This document shows, one piece after another, positions 1-10,609 of a DNA stretch of 63,138 bases. Source of the DNA: Pseudomonadota bacterium (GTDB taxonomy: Bacteria; Bdellovibrionota_B; Oligoflexia; Oligoflexales; CAIYRB01); the NCBI GenBank assembly GCA_031416315.1, contig JANOTL010000208.1, forward strand, positions 1 through 63,138, given 5' to 3'. Every line of letters starts with the position of its first letter. Position 1 is the first letter of the stretch. The notes under the pieces were generated by a model that saw only the letters and a list, made by a program, of their open reading frames with translations, searched no databases and was not told the origin of the DNA. The position numbers and the translations under genes were made by a program.

Positions 1-49
1 CGAACTGACGCGCCTCGCGCTTTCCGCAAGATTCGGCTGATTTCCGCGC

Positions 50-82
50 GCGCCCCGGCCCTTACGGTCGGGGCGCTTTCTT
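50..82 (+). terminator. Rho-independent terminator of an upstream gene
   Basis: GCGCCCCGGCC-CTTAC-GGTCGGGGCGC hairpin followed by TTTCTT, just after a TGA at 38-40. Confidence 0.65.
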
Positions 83-88
83 CCGGGC

Positions 89-116
89 CAAAACTCGTCC
101 CCCTTTCGGCCGATAA
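89..116 (+). promoter_or_regulatory. sigma28 (FliA)-like promoter
   Basis: CAAAA then 15 nt then GCCGATAA (109-116), 7 nt before the ATG at 124. Confidence 0.5.
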
Positions 117-123
117 GCGCTCG

Positions 124-2304
124 ATGGGAAAACGCCTCGACCTCCTCTTCAAGGCCGTGGTCTCGGACCAGGCTTTGAACCACCTCTACGAGATGCGCCG
201 CGCCGCGCGTCCCGAGGGCGGCGTGCGCTCGCGCCGTGCGGTCGCCGTCTGTCTCGTCCTGGTCGCCATCGCCGCGACGTTGCTCGTGTCTGCGGCCTGG
301 GTGCCTCAGGACGTCAAGACCTACATCAAGTCGCGGAACAACATCGCGCAGCTCGAGGCCAAAGACGTTGCCTGGTCGATGACCGTTCCGGGCGCCGCGA
401 CGCGGGACGTGCCGCTCTCGGAGATCGACGCCTTCGTCGCTCCCGCGGGTCCTGACTCGACCGTGCACCTGCACGTGAGCTTCGCCAGCGACGCCTTCCA
501 AGCGCTCACCGGCGAAAAGCTGGCCCTCGTCGCGCTCCCGCGTTTCAACTACCACCGCGCCGAGCTGAAATTTCGCGGGGTGCCTTTGCGCCAATTCTTC
601 GGCGGTGAGCGCATCCTGCTCACCCTGCCGATCGAGGAGCTGAAGGCCGCGCCGCGCGTCGAGTTCGACGTCGCGATGACGCTCGTCGCTTCCGGCCGCA
701 ACCTCGCCGGCTCACGCGACCAAACCGGAGTCATTGTCTCGAGCCAGGGTGAGTTCGAGCGGTTTCGCGACTTTTTCGGCGCCAAGCAAATCAACGGCGC
801 CGGCGCGATGGGCGACATGGCGAAGGTCGTGCTCGCCCTCTTCTGCCTCCTCCTCTTTCTGATCATCGACAGCTCGTCGGAGTCGTTCGGCCTCGCCCTT
901 TTCATGGGCTTCGAGGCCGCCGCCATGGGCATCGGCCGCGGATGGTTCCCGCTCGGCTACTTCGGCATCGGCCACGTGCCGGTGATCACCAACTACTGCT
1001 TCCAAATGGGCGACTTCCTGAAGCTCTACTTCCTGCTCCAGATGGCGCGCGTCTCCGGATCGAGTGCCACGCGGTGGCTCGTGATCGGCTCCTTGCTCTC
1101 GGTGCCCTACGGCTTCTTCATGGAATACGCGTCGATCAATTCGTTCACGTGGACCTACCGGATCCCGCTGACGCGCGACACGATCGTCGGCACCGTCGGC
1201 GCCGCATTCTGCATCCGGGCGCTTTGGGTTCTGCGCAAGCAGCCCTTGCCGTGGCGCAAAGCGGCGCTCGCGATCGCCGCGACCGCGGCCACCTACGAGG
1301 TCGTAAACTCCCATATCGCGCACTCCGACCTCATCCGCGTCTACCCGGAGATCCGCACGCTCTTCACGGTATTCCAGTCGATCTGCGGCTACCTGTTCAC
1401 GCTTTCGACCTTCCTCAACATCTCGACGCTCGAGAACCGCGTCCGCAATCTGACCGCCGCGAAAGCCCGTGCCGACGAGATCGAGCGCGAGCTCGCGGTC
1501 GGCCAAATCGTGCAGCAAGCTCTGCTGAAGCCGCCGGCTTTGCCCGAGGTGGTCGACTTGACCTGCCATCACGAAGCGGCGCTCTACGTTTCGGGCGATA
1601 CGTACTACGCGCACTGGGATGAAGGCCGCCGCATGTTGACGTTTCTCGTCAACGACGTCACCGGCCACGGCGTCCAAGCGGCATTGAAGGCTTCGGCGTG
1701 CAACGTCCTCGCGAAAACTATCTGGGAAAAGGAAGGCATTGTCGGCGTCGACATCAAGCAAGGCTCGCGCCTGCAGGAATACGACCGCATGACGACGCGC
1801 CTCCTCGTCGAGATGAACACGACCCCGGACTTCAACTCGCTCGTCGGCGCCGAGTTCTCGCCGGAGACCGGCGACCTCGCCGTCTACCGCTCCAACTTCA
1901 CCTTCCCGATCTTGATCGAGCCGAAGATCGCTTTGACCGCCAACATGGACCCCGTCTTGGGCGAGCTCTGGACGATCGAGATCGTCGTCTCGAAGAACCA
2001 GGAGCTCGTGCAGCGCAAGGTCCGCCGCGGCGCTTTCCTGCTCTTCATGAGCGACGGATTCCTCGACTCGAGCCGCGAGGTGAAGGTCTTCACCTCTTAC
2101 GTCCGCCGCGAGCTTTCGAGCGTCGGTCCCGAGCTGAACTGCGTCTCGCTCACCGAGATCATCCTCAAATGGGAAGGCTTCAAGAAGCGCAAGGTCGTCG
2201 ACGACCGGACGCTCCTGGCCTTCCAATGGACGCAGCCGAACGGGCTGCGCTCGGCCACGGATCCGGACGTTTGGGTGCCGGTCAGGAAAATACCAGTAGC
2301 GTGA
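124..2304 (+). CDS. Membrane-bound SpoIIE/PP2C-family phosphatase with extracytoplasmic and multi-TM sensor region
   Basis: VSGDTY, VNDVTGHG, MSDG, DDRT motifs; ERELAVGQIVQ coiled linker; several TM helices. Confidence 0.85.
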   Translation: MGKRLDLLFKAVVSDQALNHLYEMRRAARPEGGVRSRRAVAVCLVLVAIAATLLVSAAWVPQDVKTYIKSRNNIAQLEAKDVAWSMTVPGAATRDVPLSEIDAFVAPAGPDSTVHLHVSFASDAFQALTGEKLALVALPRFNYHRAELKFRGVPLRQFFGGERILLTLPIEELKAAPRVEFDVAMTLVASGRNLAGSRDQTGVIVSSQGEFERFRDFFGAKQINGAGAMGDMAKVVLALFCLLLFLIIDSSSESFGLALFMGFEAAAMGIGRGWFPLGYFGIGHVPVITNYCFQMGDFLKLYFLLQMARVSGSSATRWLVIGSLLSVPYGFFMEYASINSFTWTYRIPLTRDTIVGTVGAAFCIRALWVLRKQPLPWRKAALAIAATAATYEVVNSHIAHSDLIRVYPEIRTLFTVFQSICGYLFTLSTFLNISTLENRVRNLTAAKARADEIERELAVGQIVQQALLKPPALPEVVDLTCHHEAALYVSGDTYYAHWDEGRRMLTFLVNDVTGHGVQAALKASACNVLAKTIWEKEGIVGVDIKQGSRLQEYDRMTTRLLVEMNTTPDFNSLVGAEFSPETGDLAVYRSNFTFPILIEPKIALTANMDPVLGELWTIEIVVSKNQELVQRKVRRGAFLLFMSDGFLDSSREVKVFTSYVRRELSSVGPELNCVSLTEIILKWEGFKKRKVVDDRTLLAFQWTQPNGLRSATDPDVWVPVRKIPVA

Positions 2305-3523
2305 GATCGAGCCCGCCGTGCACGAATTTGCGCTCGGCGTCGACCTTCGCCACTTTGGCGAGTTGTTTCGCTACGGCCGCCAGGTCCTCCTGGAAGCCGA
2401 AGATGAAGCCGGAGACGGCCGCGCCCTTGCCGAGCACCTCGGTCAGCCGGTCGCCCAGCATCCGGTAAGTTTTCTGCGCGCTCTTACGGTTGCCGATGCG
2501 CACGCCGTACGGCGGATTCACCACGAGCATGGTGCGCTCGTCGCGGAGCATCGGCTCCAGGTCCCAGGTGAAGAAGTCCTGTTCGGCGACGTCAATCTCC
2601 GGCTTCGGATAGCCCTTCGCCGCCAGACTGTCTGCGAGCGCGCTCCCGAACTTGCGAAGCGCGCCGGCCGCGGCCGCGTCCTTCTCGATGAATCTGAGGC
2701 GCGGCGCCGGGCCGCGCTCCCGCGAGCGCTCCGCCAATTTCAGGGCAAAGTTTGCCACCGTCTTGTCCGGGCAGGCCGGCGCGCGTAGCGCGGCCCAGTC
2801 GTCGCGAAAGATCGCGCCTGGCGCGCCCAAAGACCAAAGCAAGGCCTCGGCGCCGAGCGTGCCCGAGCCGGCGAACGGATTCAGGATCAGGCTCGGCTTG
2901 AACGCGCCGAGCACGCGGCACGCCGCCGCCGCCAGATCTTCGCGCACCGAGGCCTCGCCGCTCATCTCCGGCTTGTAGCCGCGGCGAAAGGCCTCGACCC
3001 CAGGCACCGCGACGGAGAGCAGGAGCTCGTCTTTCGCCATGCGGATGTCGAGCAGGGCCTCCGCATCCGCGGTCTTCGCCGCCTTGAATCCCGCCGCGAC
3101 GAGCGCCATGTCGGCGCGCTCGCGGATCATACCCTCGTGATAGAGCCGGCTCGAAGTCGACCGCGCGCGCACCGCGACGGCGCTTCCCGGCGGAAAGTGA
3201 AACGCGAGGGTCGCCTCGGCCAAAGCCTTGTCGAGCATCGAGCGGTTCGTGATCTTCGGCACCCGCTCGATCTCGAGCAGAATCTCGCGGGCCGTGAGCG
3301 AGCGCCAGGCGAGCTCGAGCGCGCCGCGATAAGAGATCTCCTCGACGACGACGGCATTCGCTTCGCCCGTCACCTTCGTCGGGAATTTCGCCGATTCGAC
3401 CGGCGTGGCCAACAGAGCCTCGATCTCCTCGCGGCAAATGTCGCCGAACCCGCGCGCGAAACGCACGAGGAGTCGATGCGGCCTGCCGTGCACGAGGCGC
3501 TTGATCCGCTTCTCGTCACTCAC
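2282..3523 (-). CDS. THUMP-domain RNA methyltransferase (RlmL-like)
   Basis: REDLAAA, LNPFAGSGT, NPPYG motifs; GTG start at 3523 overlaps the upstream stop. Confidence 0.8.
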   Translation of the reverse strand: MSDEKRIKRLVHGRPHRLLVRFARGFGDICREEIEALLATPVESAKFPTKVTGEANAVVVEEISYRGALELAWRSLTAREILLEIERVPKITNRSMLDKALAEATLAFHFPPGSAVAVRARSTSSRLYHEGMIRERADMALVAAGFKAAKTADAEALLDIRMAKDELLLSVAVPGVEAFRRGYKPEMSGEASVREDLAAAACRVLGAFKPSLILNPFAGSGTLGAEALLWSLGAPGAIFRDDWAALRAPACPDKTVANFALKLAERSRERGPAPRLRFIEKDAAAAGALRKFGSALADSLAAKGYPKPEIDVAEQDFFTWDLEPMLRDERTMLVVNPPYGVRIGNRKSAQKTYRMLGDRLTEVLGKGAAVSGFIFGFQEDLAAVAKQLAKVAKVDAERKFVHGGLDLTLLVFS

Positions 3524-4643
3524 GACGCGGCCACCGCCAGCGCAAAAAGCCGATCGGCGCTGCCGTCTTGCCCGTGAGCGCCAGATCGGCGAGGATCCTT
3601 CCCACCGCCGGCGCGAATTTGTAGCCGTGCCCCGACATGCCGGCCGCATACGTGACGGGTCCCGACTGGTCGATGATGAAGTTTTCGTCCGGAGTCATTT
3701 CGTACATGCAAACCGCGTGTTCACCCGCGACGGGCGAGATCCCTGGCAGCGCTTGCCCCACGAACGTTTCGAGGGGCACGAGGTCGTCTTCTCGCCGCGT
3801 TCGGTCCAAGGACGAAGGCTCGGTGACGACGTCGCCACCGCGATGCCAGCCCACCTTCATGCCACGCGGGCCCAGCGGCGGAAAGCCGTAATAGAACCCC
3901 GTGGCGTTGCTGAAGCCGAAGCAGGGAAGATCCGGCGCTACGGTGACCCCGGGGCGCGGCTGGAACCAGGCGATCGGCACCCGTTTCACCACGATCTGCT
4001 CGGCGATCTCCGGCAGTATCGAGCGCATCCAGGCGCCCGCCGCGACGACGACCTTTGCTGCGTGGACGCGTTCCCCGGTGCTCAGCTCCAACTCGACGCC
4101 GTTCGCGTCCCGCCGCAAGATCTTCGCCGAGGTGTTCTCCCGTACCGAGGCGCCCTGGGTGATCGCCGTCGTCACGAAAGCCCGAATAGACGCTTCGACC
4201 GAAAGCCAGCCCGCGCCCGGCTCGAACACTGCAACATCTTGATCTTCCGGATGAAAGAAGGCAAACCGCGCGCGCATCGCGGTGCCGCTCGCGACGTCGA
4301 CTGAGATCTGGTGGAGGCGCGCGCTCTCCATGGCGCCCGCGATGATCGGATCCTCGGCCTTTCCGAACAGCACGAGCCCGTTTCGCGTAAAAAGCTTTTG
4401 CCGCGATTCGCGCTCGATCTCGTCCCAGCCTGCATAGGCGAGCTTCAGGAGCGGCACGTAATCCGGGTGCTCGAAGTAGGCCTGGCGGATCAAGCGAGAA
4501 TCGCCGTGCGAGCTGCCGAGCGCATGCCCGATCGTGAATTGCTCGAGCCCCAAGACCGAGACGCCGCGCCGCGCGAGCTCCCAGAGGGCCGCCGAGCCCA
4601 TGCCGCCGAGGCCTAGGACGACGACCTCGAAGCGACTACTCAA
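3516..4643 (-). CDS. solA: N-methyl-L-tryptophan oxidase / sarcosine oxidase family
   Basis: GLGGMGS, GSSHGDSRLIRQAY, CMYEMTPDENFII, GMSGHGYKF. Confidence 0.88.
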   Translation of the reverse strand: MSSRFEVVVLGLGGMGSAALWELARRGVSVLGLEQFTIGHALGSSHGDSRLIRQAYFEHPDYVPLLKLAYAGWDEIERESRQKLFTRNGLVLFGKAEDPIIAGAMESARLHQISVDVASGTAMRARFAFFHPEDQDVAVFEPGAGWLSVEASIRAFVTTAITQGASVRENTSAKILRRDANGVELELSTGERVHAAKVVVAAGAWMRSILPEIAEQIVVKRVPIAWFQPRPGVTVAPDLPCFGFSNATGFYYGFPPLGPRGMKVGWHRGGDVVTEPSSLDRTRREDDLVPLETFVGQALPGISPVAGEHAVCMYEMTPDENFIIDQSGPVTYAAGMSGHGYKFAPAVGRILADLALTGKTAAPIGFLRWRWPRRE

Positions 4644-5658
4644 ACGTCAGGCCATAGCTCGCCGTCGTCGCATCCATCACCTGGCCCCCGGCAGCGGTCA
4701 AGGCCTTGGTCACCGCGCCGCGCTTGTCTTTCGGCGCGAAGATGCCCATCACGCCGCCGCCGCCCGCGCCGCCGACGCGCGAAAACCGCGCCCCCGCCGC
4801 ACGCGCCGCTTGGTCGAGCCGCTTGGTCTCCACGGACTCGATCGCGGGCCATAGCTGCAACCGGAGCTTCCATTCCTTCTCCGACAGCTCGATGACACGG
4901 TCCAGCTTCCCGGCTTCCACAGCGTCGCCGCAATCGGCCGCCACGTCGCCGATCCTACGGAACGTGGCGAGGAGCTCGCGATCGCCGTCGAAAATGCGTT
5001 TGAAGATCTCCCAGTTGTTGATCGCCGATTGCCGCGATTTCCCGCTGTAGCAGAGGATCAACTCGTCATCGATCCCCGCGAGCTGGCTCGGCGCGAACGT
5101 CGAAACGACCGTGCGTCCGCCCGGTGGGAAGCGCAGCACGTTGATGTTGCCGCGCATTCCTCCCCAGTAGTCCTGCACGCCCGTGGGCGCGTGAATCAGC
5201 CGCGCCTCGACGTCCTGAACGACGGCGATCGTGTCGGTCTCGGAGAAGGCCGGCCCGCCGTGGAAACGCGTGCGCATCTGCGCGATACCCGCGCAAATCG
5301 CGACGCCGAGGCAAGACGAGCCGCCGAGGCCGGCGCCCGCGGGGGACCGCGCCGACGTGTGGATGCTCAAGGGCGGAAGCTTCGCGTCCCAGCAGGCGCC
5401 CAGGAGCATGCCGATCAGCGGCAATTCCGGCGTCTTCGTCACTTCGTCGAAGCCGCCCCGGGCTTCTTTTCCCTGATCGGCCGAGTGCAGGACGTATGCA
5501 GAGCCCGCGGGCAACTCCTCGATCGTCACACCGGCGTCGAGCGTGACCCCGAGATTGACCGTCGCCTTGCGATCCAGAAGCTGATGGATCGGCCAAAGAT
5601 CGAGCGTGCCGCCCGCCAAATCGAGGCGCGTCGGGACGCGAACCTGGATGCGCTTCAT
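4636..5658 (-). CDS. GHMP-family sugar kinase
   Basis: PTRLDLAGG, PAGAGLGGSS, GVQD, GAGGGG; ATG at 5658. Confidence 0.85.
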   Translation of the reverse strand: MKRIQVRVPTRLDLAGGTLDLWPIHQLLDRKATVNLGVTLDAGVTIEELPAGSAYVLHSADQGKEARGGFDEVTKTPELPLIGMLLGACWDAKLPPLSIHTSARSPAGAGLGGSSCLGVAICAGIAQMRTRFHGGPAFSETDTIAVVQDVEARLIHAPTGVQDYWGGMRGNINVLRFPPGGRTVVSTFAPSQLAGIDDELILCYSGKSRQSAINNWEIFKRIFDGDRELLATFRRIGDVAADCGDAVEAGKLDRVIELSEKEWKLRLQLWPAIESVETKRLDQAARAAGARFSRVGGAGGGGVMGIFAPKDKRGAVTKALTAAGGQVMDATTASYGLTFE

Positions 5659-5702
5659 GAGCCCCTCGTAGTCCCACATGTTATTGGCTATGATATTGAA
5701 CC

Positions 5703-6236
5703 ATGACGACCCAGAACCCGCCACCGATCGCACTTTTCCCCGGCCGCATGCTGCGAATCAAGCTGTGGAACGCCGACGCGCGCATCGTCGACTCCGACCG
5801 CGCCGCGCTCGAGCAGCACGTAAAGCGCTTGGGCGACGTGAAGATCGACACCCTACGCACCCTCGACGCGCCGGATTTTCACCCGATCGACCTCCTTCTC
5901 ATCGCCGCCCAGCGGCTCCCCGTCGAAGATTTTCCCAAGTGGTTGGGAGGCATTAGAAAACGCTTCCAGACGCCGGAGAAAATCTGGGTTCCCGCGTTGA
6001 TCCTGGCCGACGTACCATTCGAGGTCCTGAGCGAGCTCATGGTCGAAGCCATCCGCGACAACTGGTACTTCGACATCCTGGCGCCGAGCCACCTGTCCTC
6101 GCTGCCGATCCGCGTCGCCAACCTTCTCCGTATCAACGATCATCTTCACGAGCTCGACCGCTACGGCGCGGCCGTCGAAGAGGTGACGAGCAAAGTGAAA
6201 GACTTGGAAGCCCGCTTGAAAGCCTTGACCCCGTGA
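5703..6236 (+). CDS. Hypothetical protein, possibly degenerate receiver-like fold with C-terminal coiled coil
   Basis: Coding-like ORF; DLLLI and PALIL strands; first of three genes with 4-nt overlaps. Confidence 0.65.
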   Translation: MTTQNPPPIALFPGRMLRIKLWNADARIVDSDRAALEQHVKRLGDVKIDTLRTLDAPDFHPIDLLLIAAQRLPVEDFPKWLGGIRKRFQTPEKIWVPALILADVPFEVLSELMVEAIRDNWYFDILAPSHLSSLPIRVANLLRINDHLHELDRYGAAVEEVTSKVKDLEARLKALTP

Positions 6237-6526
6237 GCTTCCTCGACCTCGACGAGGCGAGCCCGCAGGACGTGGTGACGCAGTTCGTCCTGCAGCACCG
6301 CAACAGCGGCCATTTCCTTCCCTACAGCGACCACGAGATCGTCAACGAGTGGCTCGCCGCCGCCGCCGAGCTCGACGACCTCCTCGTCGTCCTCTCCGAT
6401 CTTCTCCCGGCCTATTTCGCGACCGCCGCCGGCGCCACCGCCCGCAAGCCCAAATCCCTCGCCGGCCTACGCAAGATGGTGAGCTTGCGCCTGCGCGACC
6501 GCCGCGACCGGAGCTCGACCCCATGA
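6233..6526 (+). CDS. Small hypothetical protein, weakly DnaD-like
   Basis: GTGA and ATGA overlaps with neighbours; [12 protein letters not shown] motif. Confidence 0.6.
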   Translation: MSFLDLDEASPQDVVTQFVLQHRNSGHFLPYSDHEIVNEWLAAAAELDDLLVVLSDLLPAYFATAAGATARKPKSLAGLRKMVSLRLRDRRDRSSTP

Positions 6527-6891
6527 TGGAAAACCTATCGCCCGAGGATCGCGAGGCGATCGAGGCGAAACTCCAAAAGCTGAACATCGGGGGCTACGAC
6601 CGCCACGTCCTCCTCTGCGCCGGCGGCGAATGCTGCTCCGAGGAAGAAGGCGGCACGGTCTGGAAGTACGCCAAGCAACGCTTCAGCGAGCTCGGCCTCC
6701 GCAACGGCCCCGTCTTCATCACCAAGTGCTATTGCCTGCGCATCTGCCGCAATGGGCCCATCGGCGTCGTCTACCCCGACGGAACCTGGTACCACTCCCT
6801 GACCAAAGAAAACCTGGAGCGCGTCATCCAGGAGCACGTCATCGGCGGCAAACCGGTCGAGGACCTGCGGATCGCGAGTAATCCGATCTAG
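6523..6891 (+). CDS. Thioredoxin-like [2Fe-2S] ferredoxin
   Basis: [37 protein letters not shown]. Confidence 0.9.
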   Translation: MMENLSPEDREAIEAKLQKLNIGGYDRHVLLCAGGECCSEEEGGTVWKYAKQRFSELGLRNGPVFITKCYCLRICRNGPIGVVYPDGTWYHSLTKENLERVIQEHVIGGKPVEDLRIASNPI

Positions 6892-6892
6892 T

Positions 6893-7111
6893 CTAGTCCT
6901 CCCGTTTCTCGCCCGAATCCGCCGAAGACGCCGACTCTTCCTCGTCATCCGACGGCTTCAAAGGCACGCGGTATTCTTCCTGCGCCCAAGCCACGATGTC
7001 CTCGTTCTTGCAACGCGCCGAGCAGAACGGGCGATACTCGTTGGTCGCGTCGTAGCGCGCCGACTTCCGGCACTTCGGGCACGCGACGACCCGGGGCAGC
7101 TTCTCAACCAT
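6893..7111 (-). CDS. yacG: DNA gyrase inhibitor YacG
   Basis: CPKC...RPFCSARCK..D..W..EEYRVP. Confidence 0.9.
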   Translation of the reverse strand: MVEKLPRVVACPKCRKSARYDATNEYRPFCSARCKNEDIVAWAQEEYRVPLKPSDDEEESASSADSGEKRED

Positions 7112-8261
7112 CGCTCAAACTCCTGAGCCTCTCCGGCCACATTCTTCGCGGCAAGTACGTCGACTTTCCGGTCGCGATCAGCTCCGCGAGGCATTCTCCC
7201 GCGAAAAAGCCGAGCGTCAAGCCGCAGCCGAGGAATCCGGTCGCGACCAAGAGGCGCTCTTCGCCATACATCGGCCCGATGAGCGGCAGCTCGTCGCACG
7301 GCCTGACGTCGCGGAACGGCACCGCCTCAATGAGCCGCGGCACTCCGACCGCGGGGAAGCTCGCCGCGGCGAACTCCGCCAAACGCTTCGTCACCTTCGG
7401 CTCCACCGTCGCCGTCTCGGCTTCGATCCCAGCCCACTTTCTCAGATAGCGCGCGCCCCCGAGGATGATCTCCCCGGGCCGCACGAAGGCGCCCCAATCG
7501 TGCCCATGCCGCGCGCTGAAGACGGTTCCCGCGAGCGCGGCATCGCCGTCGAAGCGATCGATCGCGTACCGCCCCCACTGGTCCGCGATCGGCACGATCG
7601 CGTCCTTCAACGCGGGCACCAGCTCCCCGATCCCGAGATGCTGCGCCAGGACGACAATTTCGGCCTCGCTCTTGGTGCCGTCGACGTGCTCCACGAAGAC
7701 GCCGTCCCCCGTCGTCCTCAGGCTCTTCACCGCCGCCAAGGTCGGCGCGGCGATCGCCGCGCCCAACGCGGCTACGAGCTCCTCAACCGAAAGCACGACC
7801 CCGCCTCCCGCGCCGGCGTCGTCGACCTGGACCCCGAGGACGCCTTTGCCCAGCTCGAGCCCCGGCAGGCCGTCTAGGAGCCTCGCGTCGAAGCCCTGCC
7901 CGTGGAGCTGCCCCACGGCGATCCCGGCCTCTTTGAGCTCGTCCGCGCCCACCAGGAGGCGCAAGTGCCGGTTCCGCGCCACCGCCACCCCGCGACCCCC
8001 GCAAAAGTCGAGGAAGGACTGGTGCGCTCGCGCGGCCACGCGCCACAGCTCGCCCGCTCCGGCCTCGCCGAACACGTGCGAAAACCGGGTAAAATTATCG
8101 ACGTAGGCCCGCGGCAGGAGCCCCGAGGCGCGCCTTGTCCCCGCGTCCGGGTTTTTGCTAGAAGAAAGAGCAATATTCAGGATACGCCGCTCTTCCAGCC
8201 GAAGGGCCGTCGCGAGTCCAGTCACCCCGGCTCCGATGACGAGCACCTCGTAGCGTGCCAT
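7104..8261 (-). CDS. FAD-dependent oxidoreductase (DAO family)
   Basis: VIGAGVTG, DELPLIGP, ATGF.G.G.TLG. Confidence 0.85.
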   Translation of the reverse strand: MARYEVLVIGAGVTGLATALRLEERRILNIALSSSKNPDAGTRRASGLLPRAYVDNFTRFSHVFGEAGAGELWRVAARAHQSFLDFCGGRGVAVARNRHLRLLVGADELKEAGIAVGQLHGQGFDARLLDGLPGLELGKGVLGVQVDDAGAGGGVVLSVEELVAALGAAIAAPTLAAVKSLRTTGDGVFVEHVDGTKSEAEIVVLAQHLGIGELVPALKDAIVPIADQWGRYAIDRFDGDAALAGTVFSARHGHDWGAFVRPGEIILGGARYLRKWAGIEAETATVEPKVTKRLAEFAAASFPAVGVPRLIEAVPFRDVRPCDELPLIGPMYGEERLLVATGFLGCGLTLGFFAGECLAELIATGKSTYLPRRMWPERLRSLSDG

Positions 8262-8295
8262 GGCCTTTCGCCTCCCTCTCCCATAGGCTTACAGC

Positions 8296-9810
8296 GTGAT
8301 CGTCCTTCCCCGCCACTTGGCATTGGCACTCATCGTCTTCGGCGCGACTCTCGCGCGCGGAGCGACCGAGATCGCCATCACGGGCTGGCCCGCCCCGGAG
8401 CTGGGCCTGAGCGCGCCCCCGCTGGAGCTCGGCGACGACCCCGTCCTTGGCCGCCAGGTCTGCCCGCCCTTCACCCGGTTGAACCTGGCGCAGGGCAAAT
8501 CGGAAGACCTGCTCGTCCGCCGGATCGTCGAAGAGTTTCGCGACGCCAAACGCGGCGCGCTATGGCGCTACGAGCTTCGTGACGGCCTCCACTGGTGGAG
8601 CGGCGCCGAGCTGAAGCCCGCCGAGGCCGCGGCCTCCCTTGCGAGCGCGCTGCCGCAGCTTGTCTTGGCCCGAGGCGCGGGCCTATGGAAGCTGCCCCAT
8701 CATGAGATCACGGTCGAAGGCAGAGACCTCGTCGTGCGCTGGAAAGAGCCGCCCGAATTCGGGCCTTACATTCTAAACGGCTTGCCCCTCTGGCGCACCG
8801 CGGCGAACCCTGGGAAGGGGCCCAAGTTCGAGTGCGTCGGCGTCTACCGCCCTGAGCTGCGTCCCTTCGGCGTCGTCCTCCTGCCGAACCGCGGCTACTC
8901 GGTCGCCGCGAAGCTTCCCGAGCTCGCGATCTATGCGCCGGGCGCGCCCGAAGAGGCGAAGCTCGACAAGAAGACGCCGCAGATCGCCTTTCGCCATGCC
9001 GCGCTGTTCGACGGCGCTCCGCACGGGGGCGACAGCGACGCTCCTCCCGGCTGCGCGCAGCTCGTCGAGCTGCCGCTGGCGACCGTCATCGCCTGGAACA
9101 CGACGCGTGGTCTCACTGCCGATCCGGCGTTCCGCGCGCTCCTCACGCAACTCACGCCGCGCGGCGCCCTAGTCCGCTCGGCCGCCGCGACGCTGGGCGA
9201 GCTTCTCTCCGCCCCGATTCCCCGCGTCCATCCGGGCTACGACGGCAAAGTCCTCGTGCGCCCCTTCGACCTGGACGTCGTCTCCCGCTCGCTCGACGGC
9301 CTCGGCTATCCGCGGAAGACGCCCTCGTCCCCGCGCGCCGGAAAGGACGGCACGGCGCTCACGCTGCGCATCGTCGCCGAGTCGGGTGCGGCCAGCCTCG
9401 CCGCCAAGGTCTTAGTCGACGCTTTCGCCGCCGTCGGCATCGCCGTCACCTTCGTCGACGAGGCGAACCTCACCGAAAAAGAGCTCCGCGCCGCCGACGG
9501 CCACCTCGCCGCCGTCGCGCTCGACTGGCCGCGCGCCGATTTCCTCGCCAATTTTCACAGCAAGGCGAGCGAGCCCGGTCCCTTCTGGCCCTTGGCCGAC
9601 GGCGCCTTGGATCTAGCTCTCGAGCGCTACGCGCTTTCCCTCACGACCGCGACGCCCTCGTTCCAGATGCTTCAGGCCGTGCACAAAAGGCTCTACGAGC
9701 TGGAGCCGGTCACCGTGATCCTGCAGCACAAGGCGTGCTTCGATCGCAACGTGAATACCAAGGATCCGGACTGGTTCCGCCACATCATCATGGAACGGGG
9801 AGCGCACTGA
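8296..9810 (+). CDS. Divergent family-5 ABC substrate-binding-like protein
   Basis: Signal peptide; YELRDGLHWWSG resembles FxLRxGxxWSDG. Confidence 0.6.
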   Translation: MIVLPRHLALALIVFGATLARGATEIAITGWPAPELGLSAPPLELGDDPVLGRQVCPPFTRLNLAQGKSEDLLVRRIVEEFRDAKRGALWRYELRDGLHWWSGAELKPAEAAASLASALPQLVLARGAGLWKLPHHEITVEGRDLVVRWKEPPEFGPYILNGLPLWRTAANPGKGPKFECVGVYRPELRPFGVVLLPNRGYSVAAKLPELAIYAPGAPEEAKLDKKTPQIAFRHAALFDGAPHGGDSDAPPGCAQLVELPLATVIAWNTTRGLTADPAFRALLTQLTPRGALVRSAAATLGELLSAPIPRVHPGYDGKVLVRPFDLDVVSRSLDGLGYPRKTPSSPRAGKDGTALTLRIVAESGAASLAAKVLVDAFAAVGIAVTFVDEANLTEKELRAADGHLAAVALDWPRADFLANFHSKASEPGPFWPLADGALDLALERYALSLTTATPSFQMLQAVHKRLYELEPVTVILQHKACFDRNVNTKDPDWFRHIIMERGAH

Positions 9811-9814
9811 CGCC

Positions 9815-10600
9815 GTGATCAATCTGAAATCTGATGCCGAGATCGACGCCATGCGCGCCGCCGGCCGCTTGACCGCCGACATTCTCGACATGATCGGCGA
9901 CTACGTGAAGCCCGGCACCACGACGCAGGAGATCAACGACATCGTCCACGAGTTCACGTTGAAGCGCGGCGGCATCCCCGCGCCTCTGAACTACAAGGGC
10001 TTCCCGAAGTCGGTCTGCACCTCGATCAACGAGGTCGTCTGCCACGGCATCCCCTCGCCGAAGGTCCGCTTGAAAGACGGCGACATCATCAACATCGACG
10101 TGACCTCGATCGTCGACGGCTACCACGGCGACAGCTCGCGCATGTACTACGTGGGCACGTCGGTGCCCGCGATCGCGCGCCGCGTCACTGAGGTGGCCCG
10201 CGAGTGCCTCTTTCTCGGCATCAAGACGGTGAAGGACGGCTCGCGCGTCGGCGACATCGGCGCCGCGATCCAAGCGCACGCGGAGGCCCAGGGCTTCAGC
10301 GTCGTGAAGGATTTCGTCGGCCACGGCATCGGCAAGATCTTCCACGAAGACCCGCAGATTCCGCACTACGGCTCGGCCGGCAAGGGCTCGCGCCTCGGCC
10401 CTGGCATGACCTTCACGATCGAGCCGATGATCAATCAGGGCAAATGGCAGTGCAAAGTCTTGAGCGACGGCTGGACGGCGATCACCACCGACGGCAAGTT
10501 GTCGGCGCAGTGGGAGCACACGATCGGGATCAAGAGCGACGGCAGCCTCGTGATCCTCACGGAATCCGAGCGCGAGAAAGCCTCGCGCCCCGCAGTCTAA
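9815..10600 (+). CDS. map: Methionine aminopeptidase type I
   Basis: CTSINEVVCHGIP, GHGIG, FTIEPM, SAQWEHT. Confidence 0.97.
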   Translation: MINLKSDAEIDAMRAAGRLTADILDMIGDYVKPGTTTQEINDIVHEFTLKRGGIPAPLNYKGFPKSVCTSINEVVCHGIPSPKVRLKDGDIINIDVTSIVDGYHGDSSRMYYVGTSVPAIARRVTEVARECLFLGIKTVKDGSRVGDIGAAIQAHAEAQGFSVVKDFVGHGIGKIFHEDPQIPHYGSAGKGSRLGPGMTFTIEPMINQGKWQCKVLSDGWTAITTDGKLSAQWEHTIGIKSDGSLVILTESEREKASRPAV

Positions 10601-10609
10601 AGCCCGCGC

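Noticed and set aside
712..2226. Long antisense or alternate-frame ORFs (also 50094-51590, 42255-43478, 60358-62076 and many more)
   Set aside because: Shadow ORFs expected at high GC; Arg/Ala-rich with no motifs
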